From Thermodesulfobacteriota bacterium (GTDB lineage Bacteria > Desulfobacterota_D > UBA1144), in NCBI GenBank assembly GCA_029246845.1, contig JAQWMJ010000009.1:1-43658 (forward strand): DNA of 43,658 nt, written 5' to 3'. Positions 1 through 9,837 of the stretch are shown here, piece by piece. The first letter of the stretch is position 1. Each line of letters opens with the position of its first letter. The notes under the pieces were generated by a model that was not told the origin of the DNA, ran no database searches, and saw only the letters and a list, made by a program, of their open reading frames with translations. The position numbers were made by a program, and so were the translations under genes.

Positions 1-80
1 TATTGATAATCATAAGCTCAATAATATTGCTTGCATGGGCAATAATTGGAGTACCGATTTATAATAATAAAAAAAATTAA
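1..80 (+). CDS. 3' end of a membrane protein (partial, runs off window start)
   Basis: Frame from position 3 reads LIIISSIILLAWAIIGVPIYNNKKN* (hydrophobic helix plus basic tail); TAA at 78-80 overlaps the htpX stop. Confidence 0.55.
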   Translation, partial: LIIISSIILLAWAIIGVPIYNNKKN

Positions 81-934
81 CTTACTTTTATATCAATAAG
101 TCTTTTAACTCTATCCTCAGTAGGAGGATGAGAACTAAACCATTTACCAACCCCACCGGAAATAGGACTAATAATAAACATATGACATGTAGCAGTTTGA
201 AGCTCCTTGTTCACCTCCATGTTATCTTTAGATTTTAGATGAAAATCTTGAATTTTTATTAGAGCATTTGCTAAAGACTTGGGCTTACTCGTTATCTGAG
301 CTGCTGAGTTGTCAGCCTTAAACTCTCTTGTCCTAGAAATAGCCATTTGAATAATCAGTGCAATTAACGGTGCCAAAATTGCTATCAAAATATTTCCTAA
401 AAAACTGCCAGAATTTCTATTTCCCCTGAAGGCTCCAAAGATTAATCCCCACTTTATCATACTTGCAATCATACTTATAGCCCCAGCGAAAGTCGCTGCG
501 ATTGAACCAATTAAGATATCTCTATTTTCAATATGAGCTAATTCGTGTGCCATTACCCCTTCTATTTCATCCATATTTAACAAAGAAATCAAACCCGTCG
601 ATAAAGCAACAACTGAATTATTCTGATTCCTGCCTGTGGCAAAAGCATTTGGTTCATCTGCTGAATAAATAAATAGTTTTGGTTCAACAATATTTGCTTT
701 TTTACATAAGCTTGAGAAAATATTTTTTATTTCAGAGAACTTGTTTGAATCAATCTCTTTGGCTTTATACATTTTTAGAATTAATTTATCAGAGAACCAG
801 TATGAGCCTATGTTCATTACCAATGCAAATATAAACGCAATTCTTGCTCCGCCTGCTCCCCCCAGGTATTGCCCTATAGAAATAAAAAATAATGTCATTA
901 CAGTTAATAAGAAACCAGTTTTTAAAGCGTTGAT
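77..934 (-). CDS. htpX: Zinc metalloprotease HtpX (M48); probable ATC start at 934
   Basis: PNAFATGR, HELAH, SRTREFKAD and SHPPTEDR motifs; in-frame upstream extension INALKTGFLLTV matches the usual HtpX N-terminus; GGAGG lies 8 nt before the ATC. Confidence 0.95.
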   Translation of the reverse strand: MNALKTGFLLTVMTLFFISIGQYLGGAGGARIAFIFALVMNIGSYWFSDKLILKMYKAKEIDSNKFSEIKNIFSSLCKKANIVEPKLFIYSADEPNAFATGRNQNNSVVALSTGLISLLNMDEIEGVMAHELAHIENRDILIGSIAATFAGAISMIASMIKWGLIFGAFRGNRNSGSFLGNILIAILAPLIALIIQMAISRTREFKADNSAAQITSKPKSLANALIKIQDFHLKSKDNMEVNKELQTATCHMFIISPISGGVGKWFSSHPPTEDRVKRLIDIKVS

Positions 935-938
935 TTAA

Positions 939-1418
939 TTACCCTCCACATGATTCAAGATTATTTTTAAGTATATACTTTTGATGGTAGTCTTCAGCCA
1001 AATAGTAGTCCATAGCCTCAACCACGTCGGTTACTATTTGGGGGTTAGTTGGATTATTTTTATGAAAATCAGCGATTATATTATTAGCAGTTTTCATTTG
1101 CTCTAAATTATAGTAAAAAATTACAGACCTGTACTGGGTTCCAACATCAGGTCCCTGTCTGTTGAGAGTAGTTGAATCATGAATCTCGAAAAAGAAGTTG
1201 CATAAAGTCATAAAATTAATTATTTCTTGATCGAATTTAATCATCACCACTTCGGCATGACCAGTGAGTCCGGAACAAACATCGAAGTAAGTAGGATTTT
1301 TAAATTTACTACCCATATAACCAACTGAGGTCTCTTCCACTCCTTTAATATTCATAAATTTGTTTTCAACACCCCAGAAACATCCAGCTCCGAAGGTGGC
1401 ATTTGCTAAATTACTCAT
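939..1418 (-). CDS. msrA: Peptide-methionine (S)-S-oxide reductase
   Basis: GAGCFWG active site, TGHAE, RQGPDVGTQYRS, AEDYHQKY. Confidence 0.97.
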   Translation of the reverse strand: MSNLANATFGAGCFWGVENKFMNIKGVEETSVGYMGSKFKNPTYFDVCSGLTGHAEVVMIKFDQEIINFMTLCNFFFEIHDSTTLNRQGPDVGTQYRSVIFYYNLEQMKTANNIIADFHKNNPTNPQIVTDVVEAMDYYLAEDYHQKYILKNNLESCGG

Positions 1419-1434
1419 ACTTAATTATACCTTT

Positions 1435-3579
1435 TTAAATTATTTTTGTGAGATTGAGTTTCTCGCCCCACATTGAGAGTATTAAACTATTAAAACAATC
1501 TTTATCTTTCTTGTAAAAACTATATTCTTCTATATTCAAGGAACATAGTCTTGCTTCTTTTAGAATTGAAAAATCTCTTCTTAAATTTGCTAAGTGCAAA
1601 TCCCAGAATTTGCCAGATTGCTCAGATCCTGCACCATAGAATGCACCAGGGCCCCTTATTTCCATATCCTTCTCCGAGATAATGAAACCATCTAGATTAT
1701 TTTTAAATATTAATAATCTTTCTTTGGATACTTCACTTATTTGATCGACCAACAATATACATGTCGACTTAGAAGGTCCTCTGCCAATCCTACCTCTTAA
1801 TTGATGAAGCTGTGAAAGCCCAAACCTTTCAGGGTTGTATATAATCATTGTACTCGCATTAGGGACATCTACTCCCACCTCAATTACTGTTGTAGAAATA
1901 AGAACATTAATCTTATTCAATCTAAAGTTATTCATCACTGATTCTTTTTCATCTGCCGATAACTTTCCATGTATTACCCCAACCTCAAAATCTTTTAATT
2001 TTCCTTTTTTTAATTTTAAATTTAAAGACTCTACATCTTCGAGTGATTCAAACTCTTCGTTATCAGATTTACTTATAAGAGGGCATAGAACAAAAGCCTG
2101 TCTATTATTATTCAATTCATTAACCAAAAAATTATAAACTTTATCTGAATCTTTAATGCTGGCAATTTTTGTTGATATTTCCCCCCTATTCTTCGGCATT
2201 TCGTCAATTTTTGAAATCTTATAATCAGTAAAAAAGATATTTGAAAGAGTTCTTGGAATTGGCGTGGCAGTCATAACTAAGACATCAGGATTCTCACCTT
2301 TTTCTGACATTAGCTTTCTTTGTACAACACCAAATCTGTGTTGTTCATCAATAACAACCATTCCCAGCTTCTTATATTCAACATCTTCTTGAAACAAAGA
2401 ATGTGTTCCAACTATAAATTTTGCTTTACCAGAAACAATTCTCTCTTTAATTCTTATTTTCTCAGTTTTGCTTATCGAGGATTTTAGAATAACCAGGTCC
2501 TCTATGTTTACATAATTCTTTAGAAATAAGTAGTGTTGATCTGCTAGAATTTCTGTTGGGGCTATCAGTGCAGACTGGTATTCATTGTCATAACTTCTAG
2601 CCATAGACAACAAGGCAACAATTGTCTTTCCACTGCCTACATCCCCCTGTAGTAGTCTACTCATCTGGATTGGTGAACTCATATCCTTACGAATTTCTTC
2701 TAGAACATTGAGCTGGGAATTAGTTAACAAAAAAGGTAGATCTGAAAATATTCTAGAAAAAAGACCTTTATTCTCAGTTGTAGAATGAGAAATTCCAACA
2801 TTTTTATCTTTAGTATTCTGCTTATATTTAATACCAAGGCATAAAATTAGAAACTCAAAGAATATAAATGTCCTATGAGGAATTGACTCATAAATGGACT
2901 CAGATGATTCGGTATCAACAACTTCCTCCTCTGTGAGTCTATCTGGCTGATGTATTCCTAGAATTGATTCAGAAATACTGCAAAGGTTAAATTTTTTCAT
3001 TATATCTTCTGAAAAAAAATCTAGACTCAGTAGTTCTGTGTTCAATAATGAAAAATCTAATATGTTAACAATTCTATTTTGCGTGAGGCCTTTAGTTAAA
3101 GGATATATCGGGGATATTTTGCCAAATTTTTCTAACTTTTCATCTTTTCCAATGATAATTATATTCTCAGGTTTTGGGTTAACTATCTGAAGGTATTTGG
3201 AGCTTCTACCTTTTACAGCCTTACCTGAAATAATAGCAAAATTTCCAATTACAAAATTATCTTTGAGGTACCTATAAAAAGGATTAAACCATATTATCTT
3301 AAGCTGCGCTAAGTCATCCTTTATTACGACTTCATAAATCTTAGTTCTAGATCTTATAAGATTAGATGAAATAATTTCACCTCTAATTGTTACTTCTTCA
3401 TTCTCAAAAATTTCGGATATTTTTTTTGTATTACGATAATCCTTGTAATATCTTGGGAAATAAAATAGTAAATCTTGGATGTTTTTTACATTTATACCTT
3501 CAAAGAGTTTTTCTATTTTTGGACCTATGCCCGGCAAAGAACTTAGACTATCTGATAATTTATACTTATTTGATTCCAT
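1435..3579 (-). CDS. recG: ATP-dependent DNA helicase RecG
   Basis: RLLQGDVGSGKT, DEQHRFGV, MTATPIPRT, ERFGLSQLHQLRGRIGRG; start placed at ATG 3579 (MESN). Confidence 0.97.
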   Translation of the reverse strand: MESNKYKLSDSLSSLPGIGPKIEKLFEGINVKNIQDLLFYFPRYYKDYRNTKKISEIFENEEVTIRGEIISSNLIRSRTKIYEVVIKDDLAQLKIIWFNPFYRYLKDNFVIGNFAIISGKAVKGRSSKYLQIVNPKPENIIIIGKDEKLEKFGKISPIYPLTKGLTQNRIVNILDFSLLNTELLSLDFFSEDIMKKFNLCSISESILGIHQPDRLTEEEVVDTESSESIYESIPHRTFIFFEFLILCLGIKYKQNTKDKNVGISHSTTENKGLFSRIFSDLPFLLTNSQLNVLEEIRKDMSSPIQMSRLLQGDVGSGKTIVALLSMARSYDNEYQSALIAPTEILADQHYLFLKNYVNIEDLVILKSSISKTEKIRIKERIVSGKAKFIVGTHSLFQEDVEYKKLGMVVIDEQHRFGVVQRKLMSEKGENPDVLVMTATPIPRTLSNIFFTDYKISKIDEMPKNRGEISTKIASIKDSDKVYNFLVNELNNNRQAFVLCPLISKSDNEEFESLEDVESLNLKLKKGKLKDFEVGVIHGKLSADEKESVMNNFRLNKINVLISTTVIEVGVDVPNASTMIIYNPERFGLSQLHQLRGRIGRGPSKSTCILLVDQISEVSKERLLIFKNNLDGFIISEKDMEIRGPGAFYGAGSEQSGKFWDLHLANLRRDFSILKEARLCSLNIEEYSFYKKDKDCFNSLILSMWGEKLNLTKII

Positions 3580-4882
3580 TTTCTGGATAAAAACCAATAT
3601 TAGAATAGAAAAAACCTAAATCTTTCATCTTTTCTTTATTATACAAATTTCTTCCATCAAATATAACTGGAGTTTTTAATAGATTCTTTATTTTCTCAAA
3701 ATCTGGCTGCTTATATTCACTCCACTCTGTATTTATTATAAGAGCATCACATTCATGTAATATTTCATAGTTATCAGTGGAGAAAATAATACTATCGGAG
3801 AATAATTCCTTAAAATTTTCCGCTGCTACTGGATCATGTGCTAAAACTTTTGCTCCAGAACCAATTAAAAATCTTGCAATGTCTATCGATGGTGCCTCTC
3901 GTATATCGTCCGTATTGGGTTTAAAGGAAAGGCCCCATAACGCAAACTTTTTACCTTTAAGGACTTTAAAGTGCTCTTCTATCTTCTTAAAAAAGTTAAC
4001 TCTCTGATTAGCATTAACATTATCTACTGCAGTACAGAGCTCCATTTCCATAGAGTTTTGTCTCCCTATATCTACAAGTGACTTAACATCTTTTGGAAAA
4101 CATGAACCTCCATATCCTAATCCAGGAAAAATAAAATGTCTTCCAATTCTTTTATCTTCTGACATAATTTTTCTAACACTTTCAATGTCAGCACCTACTT
4201 TCTCACACAGATTTGCAATTTCATTAACAAACGAGATTCTAGTAGCCAACATTGCATTAGAAGCATATTTTGATAGCTCTGAAGATCTAATATCAACTAC
4301 GACGAGTCTAAATTCTTTTCTCATAAAGGGCTCATAAAGCTCTTTTAGCTTCTTTTCAGCTTTAATTGATTCAACTCCAATAACTATTCTGTCAGGAAAC
4401 ATGAAATCATTAATTGCAGAGCCTTCTTTTAGAAACTCAGGATTAGATGCAACATCAAAATCCTGCTCTGTACGCGTAGCAATTAAATCTCTGACTAAAC
4501 TCGTGGTTCCTACTGGCACAGTACTTTTAGTAACAATAATTTTATAAGAATTCATATATTGGGATAACTCTAATGCCGCACTTTTTATATAATCAAGATT
4601 TGCTGAACCGTCTTCGTTTGGGGGGGTTGAAACAGCTAAAAAGATTATTTCAGAACTTTCTATTGCAGACTTGTAGTCTGTAGTAAATTTTAATCTATTC
4701 GATTTAACGTTTCTTTCTACAATGGAAGATAAACCTGGTTCATAAATACCGACCTTACCCTTTTTAAGTAAAGAAATCTTAGATTTATCAATATCCAAAC
4801 AAATAACATTATTTCCGGAATCTGCTAAGCATGAACCTGTTACAAGGCCAACATAACCTGATCCGATTACACAAATATTCAT
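3566..4882 (-). CDS. ugd: UDP-glucose 6-dehydrogenase
   Basis: GSGYVG Rossmann motif, SNPEFLKEG, GYGGSCFPKD, FKPNTDDIRE, FDGRN. Confidence 0.95.
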   Translation of the reverse strand: MNICVIGSGYVGLVTGSCLADSGNNVICLDIDKSKISLLKKGKVGIYEPGLSSIVERNVKSNRLKFTTDYKSAIESSEIIFLAVSTPPNEDGSANLDYIKSAALELSQYMNSYKIIVTKSTVPVGTTSLVRDLIATRTEQDFDVASNPEFLKEGSAINDFMFPDRIVIGVESIKAEKKLKELYEPFMRKEFRLVVVDIRSSELSKYASNAMLATRISFVNEIANLCEKVGADIESVRKIMSEDKRIGRHFIFPGLGYGGSCFPKDVKSLVDIGRQNSMEMELCTAVDNVNANQRVNFFKKIEEHFKVLKGKKFALWGLSFKPNTDDIREAPSIDIARFLIGSGAKVLAHDPVAAENFKELFSDSIIFSTDNYEILHECDALIINTEWSEYKQPDFEKIKNLLKTPVIFDGRNLYNKEKMKDLGFFYSNIGFYPENGIK

Positions 4883-4894
4883 AATTAACTCATA

Positions 4895-5527
4895 TTATCT
4901 CTCGATAAATCTGAATTGGCAAATCCTTACCAAGTTACACTCGGAGCATTTTGGCTTTCTACTTAAGCATAAATATTTACCAAAATTAGAAATTAAATTA
5001 GAAAAATGTGTAACCCGACTAATGCCTAAATCTGAAGTCAGCTTTGATTCAATACTTGAAATATACTTAGTGGAAAAACCTAGCCTAGTCAAAACCCTAG
5101 TTAAGTGTGTATCTATAAGAAAAAACTTTTCTTTTTCAGTTGTTAAAGATAAAAATTTTTTTGCCCCTTTCTGACCTATGCCAGGTATAGAGATTAAATC
5201 TTCATAACTAGAAATGCTGTCACATTTATTTAAATATTTAAATAATCTACTAAAAACAGAAAGTCGTTCTGCCTTGATTTTATAGAAGCCGATAGGTTTT
5301 ATGCATTGTTCAATTTTATCTAAACTGGCATTAGACAAACTTTCAGGTGTTACGAATTCCTTTATTAAGGCGCAACTTAATTTATATGCTGTTTCTTCCA
5401 AAGCTCTAGAAGAAAGAATTAAAAAAACTAAAAGGTGGAAGTTATTTTCAAATAAAAAATCTTGTACTTCTATCTCTGCCATGGAAGCGAGATAGTTATA
5501 CAAATCTAACAGATTCGAATTATTCAA
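4895..5527 (-). CDS. nth: Endonuclease III-family (HhH-GPD) DNA glycosylase, divergent
   Basis: HhH IPGIGQKGA, IDTHLTRV, C-x6-C-x2-C-x5-C 4Fe-4S motif; TTG start. Confidence 0.8.
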   Translation of the reverse strand: MNNSNLLDLYNYLASMAEIEVQDFLFENNFHLLVFLILSSRALEETAYKLSCALIKEFVTPESLSNASLDKIEQCIKPIGFYKIKAERLSVFSRLFKYLNKCDSISSYEDLISIPGIGQKGAKKFLSLTTEKEKFFLIDTHLTRVLTRLGFSTKYISSIESKLTSDLGISRVTHFSNLISNFGKYLCLSRKPKCSECNLVRICQFRFIER

Positions 5528-5536
5528 AAAAAATAA

Positions 5537-5800
5537 TTATCCGTTTCTTTCAGCAGGATTAAGACCTTCATAGTTAAAATCTTTTGCTTTATCAATAAAG
5601 CTGTTCCATTTGTCTGGTATGTCGTCTTCATGAGCAATTGCTTCAACAGGACAAGGGTCAACGCAGGCTCCACAATCGATACACTCTTCTGGATTAATAA
5701 TCAGTTGAGTTCCTGCATCGTAAATACAATCAACCGGGCAAGCTTCAACACATGCTTTATCTTTTACATCAGTACATGGTTCGGAAATTACATAAGGCAT
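5537..5800 (-). CDS. fdxA: 7Fe-type (3Fe-4S/4Fe-4S) ferredoxin
   Basis: MPYVISEPC..KDKACVEACPVDCI and CIDCGACVDPCP; AGGAGG SD at 5815-5810 supports ATG 5800. Confidence 0.92.
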   Translation of the reverse strand: MPYVISEPCTDVKDKACVEACPVDCIYDAGTQLIINPEECIDCGACVDPCPVEAIAHEDDIPDKWNSFIDKAKDFNYEGLNPAERNG

Positions 5801-5828
5801 AATAAATACCCTCCTATATTCTTTTATT

Positions 5829-5857
5829 ATGATAGCAGTTTTATTTTCAAAATGCAA
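5829..5857 (-). promoter_or_regulatory. Sigma70-like promoter for the fdxA-nth-ugd-recG run
   Basis: TTGCAT (5857-5852), 17-nt spacer ending TGC, TATCAT (5834-5829). Confidence 0.6.
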
Positions 5858-5886
5858 GAAAAAAAGTCAATGTTTTAGGGGACTTA

Positions 5887-5923
5887 TATGGATAACATAG
5901 GTCCATGATATCGGACATCCATA
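5887..5923. other. Intergenic bulged inverted repeat downstream of secG
   Basis: tatggat/atccata outer stem and gtcc/ggac inner stem around atgatatc, with a 7-nt one-sided bulge. Confidence 0.45.
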
Positions 5924-5929
5924 ATATAT

Positions 5930-6238
5930 TTAATCAATATCTGATACCTCTTCTTTTTGCTCCAGAACCTTAATTTTCTCTTTAATAACAGATGTTTTAT
6001 CAAACTTGATATAAATATAGCCAAGACTCATACTTGTAATTATAAAGATAGTTCCTAACCATTTTGTTAACTTTCTGAGGAAAGAAGACGAGTCTGCACC
6101 AAATACAGAATCAGAAGAACCACCAAACATAGAGCCTAAGTCATCGCTCTTAGAAGGTTGAAAGAGAATCGCAAGAACAAGAAGCAACGAGACTATTCCA
6201 TGAAAAATAATTAGTGAGCTTTTAATTGTTTCAATCAT
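5930..6238 (-). CDS. secG: Preprotein translocase subunit SecG
   Basis: Two TM segments, ILFQPSK..LGSMFGG...FG....FLRKLT; canonical position after tpiA. Confidence 0.93.
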   Translation of the reverse strand: MIETIKSSLIIFHGIVSLLLVLAILFQPSKSDDLGSMFGGSSDSVFGADSSSFLRKLTKWLGTIFIITSMSLGYIYIKFDKTSVIKEKIKVLEQKEEVSDID

Positions 6239-6239
6239 C

Positions 6240-6998
6240 TTATTTTACAACCCTCAATACAATATCACAGAATTTATCACAATCCATACTAGCATTTCCA
6301 ACTAGAGCTCCGTCAACGTTATCAAGATTAATAATTTGTTCTATATTGTCCCTATTCACACTTCCTCCATAAACAATTTTTGGTAAGAACTTTGTTGAAG
6401 GGAACATAGTTTTAAGCTCATTAGAAATAAAATTATGAACACTAGCTATATCATTAACACTAGCTGCTTCACCGGAACCAATTACCCAAATAGGCTCATA
6501 ACCAATAACGATTTGCGACAATAGGTCTTCCCCTACTCCACGTAGCCCTCTATGGAGCTGATCTGAAATAGACTCAAATGTCTTATCCGTTCTTTTTTGA
6601 TCATAAGATTCTCCCACGCATAGTACAACATTTAACCCTTTTGATGTAGAACTTAACACTTTTTTGTTAATCATCTCGTTTGTTTCTAGGAGATGCTGCC
6701 TTCTTTCTGAGTGGCCAATCATTGTCCAAGTACATCCAACATCTAAAAGCATTTCAGGAGAAACTTCCCCTGTGTAAGGACCACTATCCTCCCAAAAAAC
6801 ATTTTGAGCTGATAAGCTAATCTTTGACCCTTTAGTTAAATTTTTAACAATTCCTAGATATGGGAAGGAGGGAGCCAATACTACATCAACACCAGAAATA
6901 TTATTAATTTTATCAATGACGCTCTTTACAAGCATAGTTACATCCTCAGAATGAAGATTCATCTTCCAGTTTGCAAATACAAGTTTATTCTTATTCAT
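6240..6998 (-). CDS. tpiA: Triosephosphate isomerase
   Basis: ANWKMN, GHSERR, YEPIW, YGGSV. Confidence 0.97.
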   Translation of the reverse strand: MNKNKLVFANWKMNLHSEDVTMLVKSVIDKINNISGVDVVLAPSFPYLGIVKNLTKGSKISLSAQNVFWEDSGPYTGEVSPEMLLDVGCTWTMIGHSERRQHLLETNEMINKKVLSSTSKGLNVVLCVGESYDQKRTDKTFESISDQLHRGLRGVGEDLLSQIVIGYEPIWVIGSGEAASVNDIASVHNFISNELKTMFPSTKFLPKIVYGGSVNRDNIEQIINLDNVDGALVGNASMDCDKFCDIVLRVVK

Positions 6999-7024
6999 AT
7001 CTTAAAAAATAACTCTCAATATTA

Positions 7025-8167
7025 TTAAGTATATCCTTTAATATACTCTCTCATCTTATCAAGTCCAATTTGAATATTTCTATATGAGCTGGAGTATGAA
7101 AAACGAATATATCTTTTAAAGCTTGGACCAAAATCTAACCCAGGGGCAACCCCTAAACTAACTTTATTTAAAATATCTAAAGATAGATCTAAAGAATTAT
7201 CAGTGTATTTACTCATATTTGCAAAAACATAGAAGGAGGAATCGGGAGAATAGCCTATATCGATTCCCATATTAGATAATGATTTTATAGTAAAGTCCCG
7301 TCTTTTTTTATAACTTTTCAACATATTTTTAATCTCATTATTATCAATTTGGAGTGCACCTATCGCAGCGTGTTGGGAAATAGTTGGAGCACAAATATAC
7401 ATATTCTGCTGTAATTTTTGTATACCTCTAATCATACCTTTTGGAACCACTAAGTAACCAAGTCTCCATCCTGTCATTGAATAGAATTTTGAAAAACCAT
7501 TAATAACAATGGCTTTATCATCATGCTGAAGAATTGTTTCAGAATCTAAATCATAATTAAGACCTTGATAGATTTCATCAGAAATAATATTAATCCCTAA
7601 GAAAGACAAAGAAGATAAGACCTCTTTGTTTTGCGAAACACCGGTTGGGTTAGATGGAGAATTAAGAATCAGAACTTTATCTTTCTTAGATAAAAACTTT
7701 TTTAATTTGATAGTATCAATCTGATACCCGTCTCTTTCATGAGTCTTAAATACTCTAACTTTGCCACCAAAAATCTTAATAAGCTGTGGATAGCATGGGT
7801 AATATGGCTCAACTATTACAACCTGGTCTCCTCTCTTGATTAAACTTATTAAGGCTAATATTAGAGCGGCAGAGGAACCGGTTGTGATAATAACTTGGTC
7901 AGGGGAAATCTTAACACCAAGGTTTTCTCTATATTTCTTAGCAACCATCTGCCTCAGCTCTAAAACACCCAAGCTATTAGAATATCGATCATACCCTTTT
8001 TCAATAGAATCTTTGGCACTCTTCTTAATTATAAAGCTTACTTTTTGTGTAGGTTCACCAATCTCAAGATGAGTGATTTTTCTACCCTTTTTTTCATATT
8101 CCTGGGCTTTTTCTAAGATCTCCATTACATAGAATGGCTTTATTGAAGATAATAAATAATTATTCAT
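7025..8167 (-). CDS. PLP-dependent class I/II aminotransferase (aspartate aminotransferase-like)
   Basis: HLEIGEP, NSPSNPTG, SDEIY, NGFSKFYSMTGWRLG. Confidence 0.92.
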   Translation of the reverse strand: MNNYLLSSIKPFYVMEILEKAQEYEKKGRKITHLEIGEPTQKVSFIIKKSAKDSIEKGYDRYSNSLGVLELRQMVAKKYRENLGVKISPDQVIITTGSSAALILALISLIKRGDQVVIVEPYYPCYPQLIKIFGGKVRVFKTHERDGYQIDTIKLKKFLSKKDKVLILNSPSNPTGVSQNKEVLSSLSFLGINIISDEIYQGLNYDLDSETILQHDDKAIVINGFSKFYSMTGWRLGYLVVPKGMIRGIQKLQQNMYICAPTISQHAAIGALQIDNNEIKNMLKSYKKRRDFTIKSLSNMGIDIGYSPDSSFYVFANMSKYTDNSLDLSLDILNKVSLGVAPGLDFGPSFKRYIRFSYSSSYRNIQIGLDKMREYIKGYT

Positions 8168-8265
8168 CCTTCTATTCTATTAGAAATAAGAAAAATATAA
8201 AGTAAAAGGATTGTTTTAGGTGAATTATATAGGTATTATAAAAGTTTAAATTTGGAGTGAAAATA

Positions 8266-8556
8266 ATGTCTAGAGTTTGCGACTTAACAGGAAAAAGATA
8301 CATGTCCGGTAACAATGTTAGCCATGCTAACAATAGAACCCGTAGAAAATTCAACATTAACCTTAGATCTGTTAGATTAGAAAGCGAGACTTTAAATGAA
8401 AAATTCAAGTTAAAAATAGCGGCCAGTACCATGAGGACTATATCTAAGAATGGAGGCTTTGATAAATTTATTATCAAAAGTAGCGATACAAGCCTTTCTG
8501 AAACAGCACTTAAAATTAAAAGAAAGATTAAAAAAGTCTTATCTCCCACCAAGTAA
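8266..8556 (+). CDS. rpmB: 50S ribosomal protein L28 (long, single-Cys form)
   Basis: MSRVCDLTGK...GNNVSHANNRTRRKF; GGAG SD upstream of ATG 8266. Confidence 0.96.
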   Translation: MSRVCDLTGKRYMSGNNVSHANNRTRRKFNINLRSVRLESETLNEKFKLKIAASTMRTISKNGGFDKFIIKSSDTSLSETALKIKRKIKKVLSPTK

Positions 8557-8558
8557 AT

Positions 8559-8975
8559 ATGCCAAAGAAATATAAAGCTCTAGTTCTATCTTGTATAGAC
8601 CCGAGATTCCAACCAATAGTTTATGAATATTTAAAGAAAAGAGATCTTGATGGAAACTACAGCTCTTTCACAATTGCCGGTGGATCTATAGGTGTAACTG
8701 GGAACAAATTCAAGACATGGCACAATACATTCTGGGACAACTTGAGCACTTCAATTGAACTACATAAAATAGAGAAATTAATTGTCATAAACCATAGAGA
8801 CTGTGGTGCCGCTAAGATAATAAATGGTGATAAGGAATTTAGTAAAGGTATTGAAGAAAAGATTCATATTAAATCATTTGATAAAATTAAACAATCTTTA
8901 AAGAAGAAGCATCCTAATCTAAGCATTGAATTAAATTTGATCTCTCTAAATAAAACTATCAAAAGATTCGAATAG
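8559..8975 (+). CDS. Small beta-class-like carbonic anhydrase
   Basis: LSCIDPR and INHRDCGA metal-ligand motifs (C-x-D-x-R, H-x2-C). Confidence 0.85.
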   Translation: MPKKYKALVLSCIDPRFQPIVYEYLKKRDLDGNYSSFTIAGGSIGVTGNKFKTWHNTFWDNLSTSIELHKIEKLIVINHRDCGAAKIINGDKEFSKGIEEKIHIKSFDKIKQSLKKKHPNLSIELNLISLNKTIKRFE

Positions 8976-8993
8976 AGTAACAAGTTAAAGAAG

Positions 8994-9485
8994 TTATTTA
9001 AGTTCCTTATTAATTTTTTTCATAAATATGTCTTTTTTAATCTGACTCATTCTTTCTGGGAACAATATTCCATCTAAATGATCATTTTCATGTTGAAAGA
9101 CAATTGACTGAAGTCCATCAGGGTGATAAACAACCTCATTACCGTCCAAGTCTAAAGCATTAATCTGAATTTTTTCATATCTATAAACATATTCATAAAA
9201 ACCTGGAATACTTAAGCAACCTTCTTTTGATTCAGTCCTTCCTTCCATTTCTGTGATTTTGGGGTTTATTAAAACTAAAGAGTCCTCTCTATTTTCATTT
9301 GCGAAATCTATGCAAACGAAGAACCTCAGCAGAATCCCTACTTGCGGGGCAGCTAACCCTATCCCATCTACCGATCTCATAATATTAATCATTTCCTTGA
9401 CTGTAGAGACAAGGTCTTCATCAATGTTTACAACATCCTTACAATTTTCTAGCAAAATAGGATCGGGGTAAATTTTAATTTCCAA
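8994..9485 (-). CDS. def: Peptide deformylase
   Basis: GIGLAAPQ, EGCLS, QHENDHLDG; TTG start. Confidence 0.97.
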   Translation of the reverse strand: MEIKIYPDPILLENCKDVVNIDEDLVSTVKEMINIMRSVDGIGLAAPQVGILLRFFVCIDFANENREDSLVLINPKITEMEGRTESKEGCLSIPGFYEYVYRYEKIQINALDLDGNEVVYHPDGLQSIVFQHENDHLDGILFPERMSQIKKDIFMKKINKELK

Positions 9486-9492
9486 AATAAAA

Positions 9493-9777
9493 CTAGTCCT
9501 TATTCTTATTTAATTTTGAGATTAAATCCTTACTCGGTCTAAATATAGGTAAAACTTTCTCAGGAACATTAATAGCTTCACCAGATTTAGGATTTCTTCC
9601 TTGATAGGCTTTGTAAGTCTTAGGAAAAAAGCTCCCAAAACCTCTTATTTCTATCCTGTCATTAGTTCTTATAGCATTTATAAGAGAACAAACAAGGACA
9701 TCAACAACTTTCTTACTGATTCCTTTTTCTAATTTAAATTCTTCGCCTACTATATCTTCTAATTCAGATTTCAACAT
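9493..9777 (-). CDS. ihfB: Integration host factor beta / HU-family protein
   Basis: MLKSEL, RIEIRGFGSF, GRNPKSGE, FRPSKDL. Confidence 0.88.
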   Translation of the reverse strand: MLKSELEDIVGEEFKLEKGISKKVVDVLVCSLINAIRTNDRIEIRGFGSFFPKTYKAYQGRNPKSGEAINVPEKVLPIFRPSKDLISKLNKNKD

Positions 9778-9837
9778 ATGATAATTAATTGATTATAAAC
9801 AAAAAAAGTCAAGGTTTTTTTAAAACAAAGAATAAAT

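Noticed and set aside
6240..6998. TpiA motif deviations (WVIGSG, VGNAS) as a sign of inactivation
   Set aside because: Catalytic Lys, His and Glu are intact and the gene is in its canonical position; likely drift
8172..8552. 126-aa minus-strand ORF
   Set aside because: Antisense shadow of rpmB
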